A DNA stretch of 64,000 nt from Octopus sinensis (lineage: Eukaryota): contig NC_043014.1 of assembly GCF_006345805.1 (NCBI RefSeq), positions 51,026,001-51,090,000 of the forward strand, given 5' to 3'. Of the stretch, positions 26,803 to 40,355 are shown in pieces (position 1 is the stretch's first letter; each line of letters opens with the position of its first letter). The notes under the pieces are model-generated. The model did no database searches and was not told where the DNA came from. It saw only the letters and a list, made by a program, of their open reading frames with translations. The position numbers and the translations under genes were made by a program.

Positions 26803-27028
26803 CTAGGAACTCATCTCCAATCCTCTAACAGTTACTGATAGGTCTGCCTCCTCTTCTAAATATTCTGTCTCTTCCATTGCCGTGAAACTTCCATTGGTCA
26901 CTCCATGGACAGAAACATCACATGAAGAAGTACTTCCCGTAGTCTCATTGTGATAAAGTCTCAAAGTTTCTTCAAACCGATTCCTTCCATAGCATCTCCA
27001 TTTGTGATGTGCTTCCTTCAATAGATTT
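26803..27028 (-). CDS. Candidate terminal coding exon of an unidentified gene
   Basis: Acceptor TATTTTGTACTAG; open frame NLLKEAHHKWRCYGRNRFEETLRLYHNETTGSTSSCD...EETEYLEEEADLSVTVRGLEMSS*. Non-repetitive, resembles a cytoplasmic tail. Confidence 0.5.
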
Positions 27029-27586
27029 CTAGTACAAAATACTAAAGCAATGTTTATAAAGCACCTGTAAGTTTTATAGATTCTGCTGATCTTTTTCCAT
27101 CTCTGTATACAGGCAGTGTTTATGTCCTCAGTTGATGGAAGTGCTAGACTAAGCCGGCTTTAAGGGCTGGCCGATGGCTTGGATCACTTTACCAAATCTG
27201 CGGTAATGCAAGACAGGAACACGAACTACAGCTATAGGAGCTGAAGAGTGGTTCTTCGGATTAGCAACAAAGTGGTGAAAGTGGTGATTATTAGTGATGT
27301 ACAGCAGCAAAGAGGCCAAGCGGATGGCTAAATTCTGGAAATCAGTGGTTACCCTCGTAAATCACTACCATTCCTAGTAAAAATATAAGCATAGAATCAC
27401 TCACAATGTCCGGTCTGGAAATCGAAACCGCGATCCTACGACTGCGAGTCCGCTGCCCTAACCACTGGGCCATTGCGTCTCCACATACATACACACACAC
27501 ACACACACACATACACACATACACACACTCACACACACACACACAAACATATATATATATGTATACGTGTTGATGTTTGTACTTTC

Positions 27587-27870
27587 TGCAACCATGTCTG
27601 GTTCATAAAGGCCAGTTTCCCGGTTTCATTGGCATGTATGCTCCCCACCTGGACGAGACACTGGTGCGTCGCAGGTGAGCTGCTAGATACAGGAGGAAAG
27701 AGTGAGAGAAAGTTGTGGCGAAAGAGTCAGCAGAAGTTCGCCATTACATTCTTACGGAGCCGCGCGGAGCTTAGGTATTTCGTTCATAAGCGCACACATC
27801 GCACGGTCTGAGATTCGAACTCGCGATCCCTCGACCGCGAGGTCCTCTGCTCCAACCACTAGGCCATGTA
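27587..27870 (-). mobile_element. SINE family C (related head-only copies at 27400-27483 minus and 31570-31610 plus)
   Basis: Reverse complement aligns with 17137-17443. Confidence 0.8.
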
Positions 27871-28547
27871 CCTACACAAAAACACACACACACACATATA
27901 TATCGTACATAATTATGTCTTACTAACGATAACAAAAATCGAAAACTAACGAACCTCAAGTTCTGATTCGTTAATCGTGACTCGCAACACACGATTTATA
28001 TATGCTTGGAGTAATAATCATAAATTCTGTCGTGTTCTTAGGATTTATTTCCCCACAACTAATGAGAAAAATTTATCTTTGACATTTCTCTCATAATACA
28101 TAAACTATAAGTCATTGCCGGTATGAGCTCCAGATCTTCATTTGGGGCGCCATTGTTTAAAGTAGTCGGGCGGATGAGGAATACATCACCGCTGACGCTG
28201 ACGCCATACTTCAAATGTAATTATCTCTACAACTTAACAATGTGAAAGGAGACAAACTTAGGGGTTATTTATTATGGTAATTAAAAATAATTATGCGTGA
28301 ATTCTTAATTACACATGGAAAGATTCGACAAGAACAGAAAGCCAAAGCGTAACACAGTTACTCACGCACACGCATGCACACACACACAGAAACATGCAAA
28401 CACAAACATACACATACATATACATACGTATAGAGATAGATAGAAAGATGGATAGTTAGGTAGAGAAATAGATAGATAGATAGATAGATAGATATATAGA
28501 TAGATAGATAGATAGATAGACAGGCAAACATGCAGAAAGACAGACCG

Positions 28548-28624
<77 letters not shown>

Positions 28625-28754
28625 TGTGTTGAATTATTTCTTGAGAACAATCCTTGGTGGTGGATTCCCTCTGCGGATCTTTATCTAGCGTAAGAGCGTC
28701 CACATAGTGGATTCTCTCTTATAGTTGTGTATCATATATATATATATATTATAT

Positions 28755-28799
<45 letters not shown>

Positions 28800-28884
28800 G
28801 AGGATAATATCGATATTTAAGTGTCGAAATTATCAAGTGGCCAGCATGAAAGAAATACCTTACAAAGGTCAAAAAACTTTTAAC

Positions 28885-29051
28885 AATTAAAAATGAGGGT
28901 GTCTAAAAAACACCAACATGCCGAAATAGCAGTCGAAACTCTGACTATAAAACCACGTTAAACGATATGAACATTTAACGTGGTTTTATAGTCAGAGTTT
29001 CGACTGCTATTTCGGCATGTTGGTGTCTTTTAGACACCCTCATTTTTAATT
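28885..29051. repeat. Near-perfect inverted repeat, 78 bp arms, 11 nt loop
   Basis: 28885-28962 versus 28974-29051, one mismatch; abuts (TA)n. Confidence 0.95.
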
Positions 29052-29747
29052 ATATATATATATATATATGAAAAGAGATAGATAAATATTGGAGGAGATA
29101 GGGTGATAGATGAATAAATATGGATATATGTATATACATGTACATATTTCCAAAGGAGGCGTGCATATAATTGTGATTTTCTATGCGTAGGTTTGTGTGT
29201 ATTTACATATATCTGCATTTATAGTTATATATAAAATGCATGCTTTTCGTATTTCGCATTGAAGAAGTCTAAAGAGAAAGAAACGTATGACTGGGAATCA
29301 GCGTCTGGGAGGCGCTGCTCTACTGAGCGGCAAAAATAGCCCAAAACTAGGACTGGTCTATTGGTCCCGTCGCTACGAGATGGCAGGGTTTCGTTCCCTT
29401 GCTAGTAATTTTATCAGAAGCAGCTGTGCATCGTTAATCAGCTAGAGGAGATGTCTTCTTGGGGGTTCAAAAATCGTAATAGAGTCCACTCAAACAGACA
29501 CACACACACACACACACATGTATATATTCTTTTATTCTTTGATTTGTTTCAATCATTTGGCTGCGGCCACGCTGAAGCAACGCCTTTAGTCGAGCAAATC
29601 GACCCCAGGTCTTATTCTTTTAAGCCTAGTACTTATTCTATAAGTGACTTTTGCCGAATCGCTAAGTTACGGGGACATAAACACACCAGCATTGTTTGGC
29701 AAGCAATGCTGGGAGACAAACACACACAGACTTACAAACATATACAT

Positions 29748-29818
<71 letters not shown>

Positions 29819-30173
29819 GAATTCTGTGAGAATGAGAAGGTGTGAATCCAACCAACTAAGGGATAATACCTATCCAATATACTGCTTGTAGTGTACTCAA
29901 TTATTCATACCCAAGTGCTGGTTATTGCGTGGCAATCCCGCAATTGAGAGTGATATGTAGGCGGGAGTATAAAGTGGTTTACCCTTAATTTATACGGCAA
30001 ATAAGAGAAAATGGAAAGGATACAAAACGACATACAACAACTGGCAGACATTCCAGTGCGTCTATTTATTTAAAAGTATTAAAAAGTATTCGAAGCGTAC
30101 ATGCATATGTAGTAACTACGTGTTAGACACGCAAGTATTAATTAATATTACAGGAAAGAGTATAAGATTTATT

Positions 30174-30296
30174 CCTTACGGCCGTTTCTGCCAAAAGGCA
30201 ACGAGAACCTCCATGCTATCTCCATCTCTTCGCTGTTCTGTAGGGATGGGCAGATAAAGTTTGGATGATGAGTGTACCTCTACGCTTCCTCAGAGG
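30174..30296 (-). ncRNA. Hammerhead-like motif with ~98 nt insert in stem-loop II
   Basis: Minus: CCT-CTGAGGA-[98 nt]-GAAACGGCCGTA/AGG; palindromic stem III ACGGCCGT; stems I and II are weak. Confidence 0.5.
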
Positions 30297-30433
30297 GTTT
30301 AAGTGGTTAGGAGGGCTAATACATATAATAAACAGTCAACAATAGGTACTATGTATTTGTCATTATTAAAAAGGGCAGAAAAAGAATAGGAGCAAATACG
30401 AGGCTGTGAGAGAAGTATAACTTATTAAAATGA

Positions 30434-30476
<43 letters not shown>

Positions 30477-33042
30477 GTATATATATATATAGGTATGTAT
30501 GTATGTATTTATGCACGCACAACGAGCTTTTGTTAAACGTGTAAATGGATCTATTTTAAGTATCAATTCTAGATATTCGTCTTTATAATATGAAATAACA
30601 AATTTCTTGAAATCACTATGACGTTTACAATTGTTGTAAATCACTAGTAACGATTGTAACCTTAGCTGATACTTGTTTCTATTAACCTAGAACCGACGGG
30701 AATTGATCTCAGTGCGTAAATACTAAATGGCCTTTTGTTCGATGTTCTACTCTTTCTTTTCCTCACCATTTACTTGTTGGAGTTGTGTAGAATAATTCCT
30801 ATCGTTACCGTTCGGTAGGTTTCCTTTATTGGTATATTTCCTTTAAGTCTTCTTTTGATTTTTATATATGAACAACATTTCTAAACGCTGTAAATAATTT
30901 CAGGTACAAGCTCGGTCAGAAAATAATAACTACAGAGTAATCGGTTGTTAGATGGTTTCACACAGTACAATTTAAGTTGAGATTCTCCAGTATTTATATC
31001 AGATTTGTTGTAACACATCTGTGTTGTGTATGATTATCTTTGAGGGCGCCTGAGACTTTGCTTGTTATTTCTGAACAGTTATGTACCTAAAATGCAAACT
31101 ATATTTCTAAGCCTACCGTTTGTACAATTTCATTCCCCGAAACAGTAACGTTTAATGCTAGCCAGCTCTGTGGGTTTAGAATATAATTCGATTTTTCATA
31201 ACTTCGCAGAATCAATATATAAGTACATATAAGACTTTCAAGCAGAAATAATCATACTGATATTAGCGATGTATAGTTACGGATTTCTTACCGAAATCTG
31301 TGACTTGTTCAAAGAATCAGGTCTGAAACAAAATATGTCCAACATTTCTACGTATAATAAAGTCCAAATTTTTCCTGTAATTCTTCAGAGTTAAACAATA
31401 TTTCGCATCCTTGTCTATTTGTTGCTCTGATTGAATTTAAAGAAACTAAAATAAAAAAAAGGCTCTAGTTTTCCCTCATAATATTAAAACATGGCGAAAA
31501 CTATATATCGATATGTATACGAAACAATATATTGTGCAGTATATGTTTACTATATAATATGAACATAGTGGAGGCGCAATGGTCCAGTGGCTAGGGTACC
31601 GGACTCTCGTATAGAAGTAGTTTTTAAACATCGAATGGTTATGGGAGGTTCCCTAGAATGAAGTAGTAATCAAAAGATGAAAACTGGTTGAGAACCACGT
31701 TTTACATCGTTCAGCCTACACAAAGGAAAGTTTGATAAACAAAATAGTAATTCTTAATGAAGCATCTATAAAACTAGTTTTTAAACATTGCATGGCTATG
31801 GGGTTGGGTCTACCAAAATAAAATAATAATGAAAGGGATACATACATGAAAAATGTTTAAAAACCCCTGACGTAAATGAACATCTTTAAAAAACGCTCAA
31901 CAAGATCGGTTGACTTCATGGACACAAAATTACTATCTAAATAACAACAATGTTTTTTGGGAGAATGTGTCATTCCTTGTATTATTCGTCCATCCGTGAA
32001 CTGCGTCATAACAATTTCTAATAGCTTTGCTGGTGCAACGTTCAAACTTCCATTCGTAGCTGAGTGAGTGATTGGCGGTTTCAAAATTCAGTAAGTAATT
32101 GATCAGTAAATTATTATTTGACATGTGGAAGATTATATTCTTAAATTTTAATAAAACAATGGAACTATTAAATTCGGAACGACTTTAATACTTTTGTTTT
32201 CCCCTTAATGAAGTATTATGAAAAAAAAAAGAGAGAAAAAGAAAACAACAGCAACAACAAAACAACACAAGTCTGAATTAATATAATATGGATTATCTTA
32301 GAAACAAATGTTGTTTTGGAAAATTAAATTTCCTAACGATATATGTTGGATTTATTTCTCAGCAAAGATGGGAAGATTTATAACGATTCTAAATTTGTAC
32401 GAGTTCATTTGAGATTTACATTTCTAATAAAACAAACACAGGATGTTATCAAATGAAAACAAGAAATCTCTTTAGATATAATTCCTAAAGAGAATATTAT
32501 CTTTGGGATTAACGTATTTGACGTAATGACAAGCGTAGAATTAGGTTTGTTGTTTTCTGCTTTCGCTTAAATATTTCAGCACAATTTTAATTATATTGAG
32601 ATACAGTTGATAATACCATAATTTGTCCTCCCTTTTCTCTCTCTCTCCCCGTCTATCGTTATTGGAGATAAATCATTGTTCTTCTACATTGTTATAATTA
32701 TACGAAACCATTTATAGTACGCTACTACAATAGCGATTTACAATACTAGGTACAGACGATATTAAAATAAATGCCTTCGAATATATATATAAGACTTCAT
32801 GTATATCAGAATTGGAAACTAATACCTCTGCTGTTTACTCGCTTCCAACAGAGCAGTCAAACACACATTACACTTCTCAGGGCATTTATAATAATGGCGA
32901 CCGCGGTTGTAGGTAAAAAAATTGATAAAACGGCGTATCTTAGAATTTCATTCAAATGCAACCGAGATATAAGTTGCGTGGCAAATAGCTATAAACTTCA
33001 TCCCTGTTGACAGAGACATGCATATGTATGCATACATGTGTG

Positions 33043-33089
<47 letters not shown>

Positions 33090-33090
33090 A

Positions 33091-33123
<33 letters not shown>

Positions 33124-33143
33124 CTGTGTGTGTGCGTTTGTGC

Positions 33144-33196
<53 letters not shown>

Positions 33197-33311
33197 ACTA
33201 TTCGTTTATACATACGTGTTTTTTGTATCGTATATCTGGATGTTTTGTTGTCTCCTTTGGTATCACCTAGTTATGCGGATGTTATGCGTTCTTGCCCCAT
33301 TTTGTATCATA

Positions 33312-33351
<40 letters not shown>

Positions 33352-33365
33352 AGAGAGAAAAAGAG

Positions 33366-33824
33366 CAGTTGTATATTATCAGCTTAACATGACAGTCCCA
33401 TAGAGGGAATTACACTACCGCTATTTAGCCCTAGGAAGCATTAAAGCTTCCTGTCGGCCTTGGCACATTTCCTGTGTCCTTATGTTTACAAAGGGGAGAC
33501 AAGCACCCCCAAAATCTAGGCCTGCATCTAGAGACATGTTTCTGAGTCTTGCTCGTCATCAGTCTGGAGTAGCACGGCTTGCTAGCTGCAGTTGCCTGTT
33601 TAGACCTTGTAAACATATATAATTCCAATGAAATAAATTCACTGATCACAAAAATTTGAAATACTAAATTTCTAAATATCTCAGAGAGATATAAGCAGTG
33701 GTGGTACGATAGAACAGTTGTATACTGTCAACTTAACATGACAGTCCCATAAAGGGAATCACACCACCGCTATTTAGCCCTAGGAAGCATCAACGCTTCC
33801 TGTCGGCCTTGACACATTTCCTGT
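33366..33824 (-). mobile_element. Retrozyme-like element: 349 bp monomer plus ~110 bp terminal direct repeat, in (TA)n
   Basis: 33366-33475 repeated at 33715-33824 (about 9 mismatches); single HHR between them; no ORF. Confidence 0.75.
33527..33568 (-). ncRNA. Minimal type I hammerhead ribozyme motif
   Basis: Minus: TCCAGA-CTGATGA-cGAG caaga CTCa-GAAACATGTC/TCTAGA; palindromic stem III ACATGT, GUC triplet, 5 of 6 stem I pairs. Confidence 0.78.
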
Positions 33825-33838
33825 TCACTTTAAAAGGG

Positions 33839-33874
<36 letters not shown>

Positions 33875-34106
33875 CAAGGGAGTCAGAGAAAGGCAGAATG
33901 CCACTTAAATCTGAACACTACTATAGAAATATTCTTTTAAAAAAACTTTTCTTCTAATTTTTCTAAATTTAATTATTTAATCGTTACAGTTGAAAAGGTC
34001 TCAAAATGACCGATGAAATGTTCACTATAAAATTATTTTAGCATTTTCTATTTTTGACTTGTTTTTTCATATATATCAACTCGTGTGTTCCTTTTCACCC
34101 TTATAC

Positions 34107-34202
<96 letters not shown>

Positions 34203-34739
34203 CACATATGTGTGTAAGTATGTGTATGTGTCTTTGTATCTGTGTTTGCTCACCACTAAAAATTGACAACCGGTGGTGGTGTGTTGATGTCCCCGTAACA
34301 TAGCGCTTTGGTTTCTGCATAGTGGAAAACACTCGAACACGTTGCCACGCAGTGGGGATGAGCCCTGAAACATGTGATTGGGAAGCGTCCCCACGAAAGA
34401 GAACATGTATTAAGACATTTGGATATGGATTTTTAATACGTAATTGACAGAACTTTATACAGGTTCTCTGTCGCGGGGACGTTTTGTACCGGTTTCCGCT
34501 GATTATGTGTTCAGCAACGACTTTATTGAAGAGCTACAGATGACCACGATAGTGATCATTGATACGGAATGGAGTTAATTGCTCTATTTTGTCTCCCTTC
34601 ATTTGTCTTGCTCGCATACATTCAGGTGTTTGCTAAAATTTTTTGTGAACATGTTCTTCGTGGTAAGACGATTTGGCGTCTTCTTCTAGCATATTAGGAA
34701 TCCACCTTGGTGGCTATTCCTCTTATTTATATATGTAAT

Positions 34740-34749
34740 ACCTATCTAT

Positions 34750-34784
<35 letters not shown>

Positions 34785-34809
34785 CTATCTATCTATCTTT
34801 CTATCTCTG

Positions 34810-34849
<40 letters not shown>

Positions 34850-34918
34850 ATCAATCTATCTATCTATCTATCTATCAATCTATCTATCTATCCATCCATC
34901 TATCTCTCTATCTATCTG

Positions 34919-34966
<48 letters not shown>

Positions 34967-34996
34967 ATCTATCTATCTGTATCTCCCCCCTCTCTT

Positions 34997-35033
<37 letters not shown>

Positions 35034-35035
35034 CT
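34740..35035. repeat. (TATC)n/(CT)n/(TA)n microsatellite
   Basis: Direct reading. Confidence 0.97.
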
Positions 35036-36743
35036 ACACATGCATATATTTATGTATATTATTCTTAAAGAAGTATTGCGAGTATGTGTGCAAGTATGCA
35101 TAATCTGAATACGTATATAAATGTGTGTGTGTGTGTGTGTGCAGGTGTATGTATGAGTGTATGTAAGTGTCTATGCTAATTGGTGGTTAGTGTTTTGTTC
35201 CAGGGGGGACAATAATCAGACGGTGTTAGTTGATAAGATCTTTTCGACATGGTCAAATGTTACAACAATAATAGGCTCTCATCTCCTCGTCTTCTACTTC
35301 CCACAACTTTTCCTTCCTTCCGCTATGAGTAACTTGAAATAACAACAGCAGCACCAACAGCAGCAATTTTCACAGATATGATATTCACAATGCGTCTGTG
35401 TTCGTACACGCGTGTATGTGTTTGTGTATATATACTTTTAATGACATTTTGTGTCTGTAGGAAGCACCGCTGATAGAAAATATCTATCGTCTACTTTTTT
35501 TCCTCTCCTGAAATATGTTAACGCTCCTGTAAACTAATAAGTTAAAACAAAACTTGATTGAATTCTATCAAATTTCAAACAACACAAGATTTGTGATAGG
35601 CTCCGTTATTGGCAAATCAATCACGTATAATGAGTAACGTGTGAGATTTATATCGCAAATGCGCATCCTGTGAATACAATAAAAAGACAGAGAACAGACA
35701 TTAAAATTTCTTCTTTGTATGTTTAATTTTCCTATATAATATACGTTCATTTAATGTATGAAATTACAGCACCGATCACTTTACGTGATCGATAACACAT
35801 CAGATAAGTCAGTTCCAACAACATGGACACGATAATTTGTAAAACCTGACTATCACTCTATCATTTGCTAAATTAGCTGAGTGTAAGAAAGATTACATCG
35901 TAAATTGAACTATATATATATGTATCAGGCATTATTCGCTAAATTTAACAGATGATAAGTCCATAATTTCATATTAAAGCGTATAATACGATAATACCAT
36001 TTTCAAATAAATTGATCGCCATCGAGGAAAATCGATGTCTGCAAGAGAAATGTTTGCGGCAAAGCTTGAAAAATATATTGAAGGTGATATTAACTTAACA
36101 ACGTCAATAATAACCAATCAGTGGAATGTAGACAAATTCCATCGCGTTGTTGTAGCGCTATATAATGACTATTCTTAGATACAAGGAATTTAATAACTTG
36201 GCATTATTCTGGAGATTGGTACTATAAAAATTGGAGAAGGGGATGTTGAGGTGGTACAGAACATAATTCGATATGTTGATGCTATGAACAAAAATCGAAG
36301 AATATAATAACGGAAAATTAAGAAAAAAAAACAAGGAAACATTCATAAACTGCCTAGTTTTATTGATTCACATACATGCTGTCGAAAGGCCACGTTTTCG
36401 GCTGTTTGTGCACAAACGCCCCCATTGAAACTGGTAGAATCATCGTCGCCCACTTACACCAGATTTCTGTCAAACGGACGATGTTTCCATGATAATTTAA
36501 TCATTTTGTGATATTCGTTTCAGGCCCGCCCTCAACTTGTAAAGAACGGTATCACGTAGGCGTTGCAGTCCCCTTCAATAAACAATGGTTTTGAAAATTA
36601 TATATGCATATATATAATTATATGTATATATACATACATTTGTGTGTGTGTATATGCTATATATAGGTGTATGTGTGATATATATATACACACAACGGCA
36701 CACGCACACATATATATATATACATATATATATATTATATATA

Positions 36744-36792
<49 letters not shown>

Positions 36793-36990
36793 ATATACAC
36801 ATATATATATATATATATAATATATATACAGATATGGGAATGTGTGCGTCGTAAGTAGCTTGCTTACCAACATGTTTCCAGGTTCAGTCCCACAACGTGG
36901 CACCTTGGTTAAATGTATTTTTCTAAATCCTCGGACCGACAAAATACTTGTGAATGGATTTGGTTGACGGAAGCTGAAAGATGCCTGTCG

Positions 36991-37022
<32 letters not shown>

Positions 37023-37437
37023 GTATGTATGTATATATACGATGAGATGTTTGTCTTTCTACTTAAGTCACAAACTACACCGATCCGTTTATCTTTCTCC
37101 CATCAGCATGTCTTGTCCCTTAAAGCTCCGTGCTTACCGATATTTTATCTTTAATTCTTTTACTTGATTCAGCCATTCCATTGCCGCCATGCTGGAGCGC
37201 AACTCGGAGTAACTTTTAGTCAAATGAATTGACCCCAGTAAATATTCCTTTTGGGAACCTGGTATTTGTTCTATCGCATTTTTGCCGAGCTCCTAGGTTA
37301 CAGGGACGTAAACACAACAACTGCGGATGCCAAGTAGTTGTTGCGCGCGAACACAAGCACAGACTTATGCACTTACACACACATACATATCGCTATCTGT
37401 ATCTCTTTCTTTCTCTCTCTCTCTCTCTCGCTCTCTC

Positions 37438-37478
<41 letters not shown>

Positions 37479-37569
37479 AATAATTAAGATTGAGCTGAAT
37501 TTGGAACTTAAGTTGAAGCACAAGTCAATCCGGTTCCATCCGCACAGCCCGATGTATTATGCGTAACAT

Positions 37570-37836
37570 CAATATAAGCAACAGGATATCAAGTAGTGAT
37601 GCATTACGACCGTTTCAAGCGGGTCCATTTAATTGAACAATGCAATCATTATATCAATTTAAATGCAGTGCCATCCATGTTCAGCTGCAAGAATAAATAA
37701 AAGGATTCCATTTATTTATTTGTGCAGCTGGAAATAGCAGTACATTTAAAATGATATGATGATTGTTTTGTGCAATTAAATGGAGCCGCTTGAAGCGGTC
37801 GTACTACATCACTATGTGATATCCTGTTGTTTATTG
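37570..37836. repeat. Diverged inverted repeat, ~130 bp arms
   Basis: CAACAGGATATCAAGTAGTGATG...ACGACCGTTTCAAGCGG.TCCATTTAATTG versus CAATTAAATGGAGCCGCTTGAAGCGGTCGT...CATCACTATGTGATATCCTGTTG. Confidence 0.85.
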
Positions 37837-37952
37837 GCTGATGAGTGCTCAGCATTTTAAAACTGTTGTAATACTTACAACATTTAATAAAATGATGTAG
37901 TACGAAACGATCGTACCAAATTACCGGAGTCATTCTTGTTGCTTATTTTGTG

Positions 37953-37988
<36 letters not shown>

Positions 37989-38154
37989 CGACGAGCTTTT
38001 TTACTGTCTACCAAAGCCACACACTAGGCTTTGGTCGGCCAGAAGCTATAGTAGAACGTTCCAAGTTATGGGACTGAACAGATGACGGTCACCGATCTTA
38101 GCCTATAGATCTATTATTGTATTAATAAAAAATATCCAAATTATACATTCCTCT

Positions 38155-38513
38155 ATTCTTTTATTCATTTATTTGTTGCAGTCATTTGACTGTGGCCATG
38201 CGGGAGCAATGCCTTTTGTCGAATAAATCAACCGCAGGACTTATTCTCTGTAAGCTTAGTACTTATACTATCAGTCGATTTACCGAACTGTTAAGTTACG
38301 GGGACGTGAACACACCAACATCGGTGGGGGAAAACACAGACACACACACAGACAAACACACACACATATATATACGACGGGCTTCTTTCAGTTTCCACCT
38401 ACCAAATCCACTTACAAGGCGTTTGTCGGCCCAAGGCTATAGTAGCAGACCCTTGTCCAAGGTACTACACAGTGAGACTGAACCCAGAACCATGTGGTTG
38501 GTAAGCAAGCTAC
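38155..38513 (-). mobile_element. SINE family A
   Basis: Consensus match. Confidence 0.85.
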
Positions 38514-39171
38514 TTTATTTCATTAAGATTTGCCATAAACGCAATACAAAGAGTAGCTTGCTGGCTGGACTCATATATTGATGAGGTGAATGATGAAAAA
38601 AGGATAATATTGATGGGAGAAGACAAAAAACGCCAGCCGATTTTCTGCTTCTCTAAAACATTATCCTTCTTTTTTTCCAACAGAAAATACAAAACGAGGT
38701 ATTGAACCTCTCACGACAGTTTTTACAATTATTGGACTTAATAGTCCATTTCAAGTTGTTTTAACCAGCTTTTGGGTGGGGTAATTTCCCACTCCAACTT
38801 TCCATTGTTATTTGCTCTGATATTTTAAAAAATAGTCCAAAAATACAGTTCTTGAAAAAGAGAAAAAAGAGAAAAAAAAATTAACAGTTCAATAAAGAGT
38901 GTTTCTTTAAAGTAAAAGAGAGATAAAAAGAGAGCAATAGTTCAAATCACAGCAAAGGCCACTCGGTACTACAGGCCAAAATTTTAACGCAATTGTTAAA
39001 CAGTTAATTGCTGAAAAATCATTCCAATATTCTTCTCATAGGTATTCCTTGACAGGACCAATATTGTTGAAATATTTTCTAAAAATTCCCACGGAGTTAT
39101 TACTGGACAAACACTATTCTGAAACAAAATTTTGCAGCAGGATACGCCCACCAAAACAATAATTTCCTGTA

Positions 39172-39331
39172 GGGTTCCGAGGATTTCATGGAATGTTCCA
39201 AGGGTATTCTAACTTCCTGGAAAGTTGGTTCAAAACTTCCTTGAAAGCTCCGAAGATTTCATGGAATATTCCGAGGATTTTCTAACTTCCAGGAAAATTG
39301 ATCGAAACCTTCCCGGAAGGTTCCGAGGATG
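39172..39331. repeat. 73 bp minisatellite, ~2.2 copies
   Basis: TCCGA(G/A)GAT anchors at 39176, 39249 and 39322. Confidence 0.8.
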
Positions 39332-39339
39332 GGACTTGC

Positions 39340-39790
39340 TGGAAAGTTCAGAGGCAAGTGAAATCAAAATCAAAATTGCTGACGTGGCCGATGACAATAC
39401 CGCCTGGTTGGTTTCCATGCCAGTGCAACGTTAAAAGCACATCCGAGCGTGGGGTGTAACCGGCCCATTTATGGGTACCCCTCATTCATTGGACAATGAA
39501 TTTTGCTTGCGAAGACCTATTGAGGCAAGTGTAAACAAATCAAAATCGCTGACGTGGCTGATGACAGTACTGCCTGATTGGTACTCATGCTAGTGGAACG
39601 TTAAAAGCACATCCAAGCGTGATCATTGCCAGGGCCACAAATTTGCTCCCACGCTGGTGACATGTGAAAAGTACCATTCGAGCATGATCATTGCCAGCAT
39701 CGCTTTACTGGCACTTGTTTCTAGTGGCGCGTAAAAACACCTTTTGAGCGTGGTCGTTGCCAGAACCACCTGACTGGCCCACTTACCGGT
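39340..39790 (+). mobile_element. Interspersed repeat with internal tandem subunits (related to 53575-53790)
   Basis: GAGGCAAGTG...ATCAAAAT.GCTGACGTGGC duplicated; recurring ACGT(T)AAAAGCAC...GAGCGTG subunits. Confidence 0.65.
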
Positions 39791-39927
39791 AATTATTCTA
39801 TCGTTTATTCTGCCGAACCGTTAAGTTACGAGGACCGCAAACACTTCAACTCCAGTTGCCAACTGGTGTTGGGAAAAACACAGACACAAAGACAAACACA
39901 CGAACACACACTTGTACATATAAGTAC

Positions 39928-39989
<62 letters not shown>

Positions 39990-40029
39990 ATATGTATGTA
40001 TATACACACACACAAAGACAGATAGATAG

Positions 40030-40355
40030 ATACTTTGATACTTTGATACTTTGATAGGTTTCGGCCATTATTGGCCCAGGCCATGTCTAACTTAATAGCA
40101 CCACCTGGTGAATTCTTTCAAATCAGAATTTGGGCACTATGGCCCACTCAAGTAGAGAGTTATTGTTTACATAGACATATCCGGGTGTAGGGGGTTTATC
40201 CTGGATTACTTGAAGGAATCTGTCCAAAGACTTCTTGAACCCTATAGGGTCTGTTTCTGTTTTAACGTGTTTTGGTGTAATGTTAACGAGAGCGGGGCCA
40301 ATTGGGGTGAAATAATTGTGCCGTATTGTTGTTATGAGATGAGAGTGCGATTTTT
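40030..40355 (-). mobile_element. 3' end of CR1-like LINE with (TATCAAAG)n tail
   Basis: Minus translation HNYFTPIGPALVNITPKHVK...FKKSLDRFLQVIQDKPPTPGY...NNSLLEW, a typical CR1-group ORF2 C-terminus. A short piece of the same 3' UTR lies at 46300-46345. Confidence 0.8.

Noticed and set aside
37838-37872. CTGATGA-GTGCtcaGCAT-ttt-AAAACTGTTGTA as a hammerhead
   Set aside because: GAAA is absent and no stem I pairing is found in either type I or type II topology.
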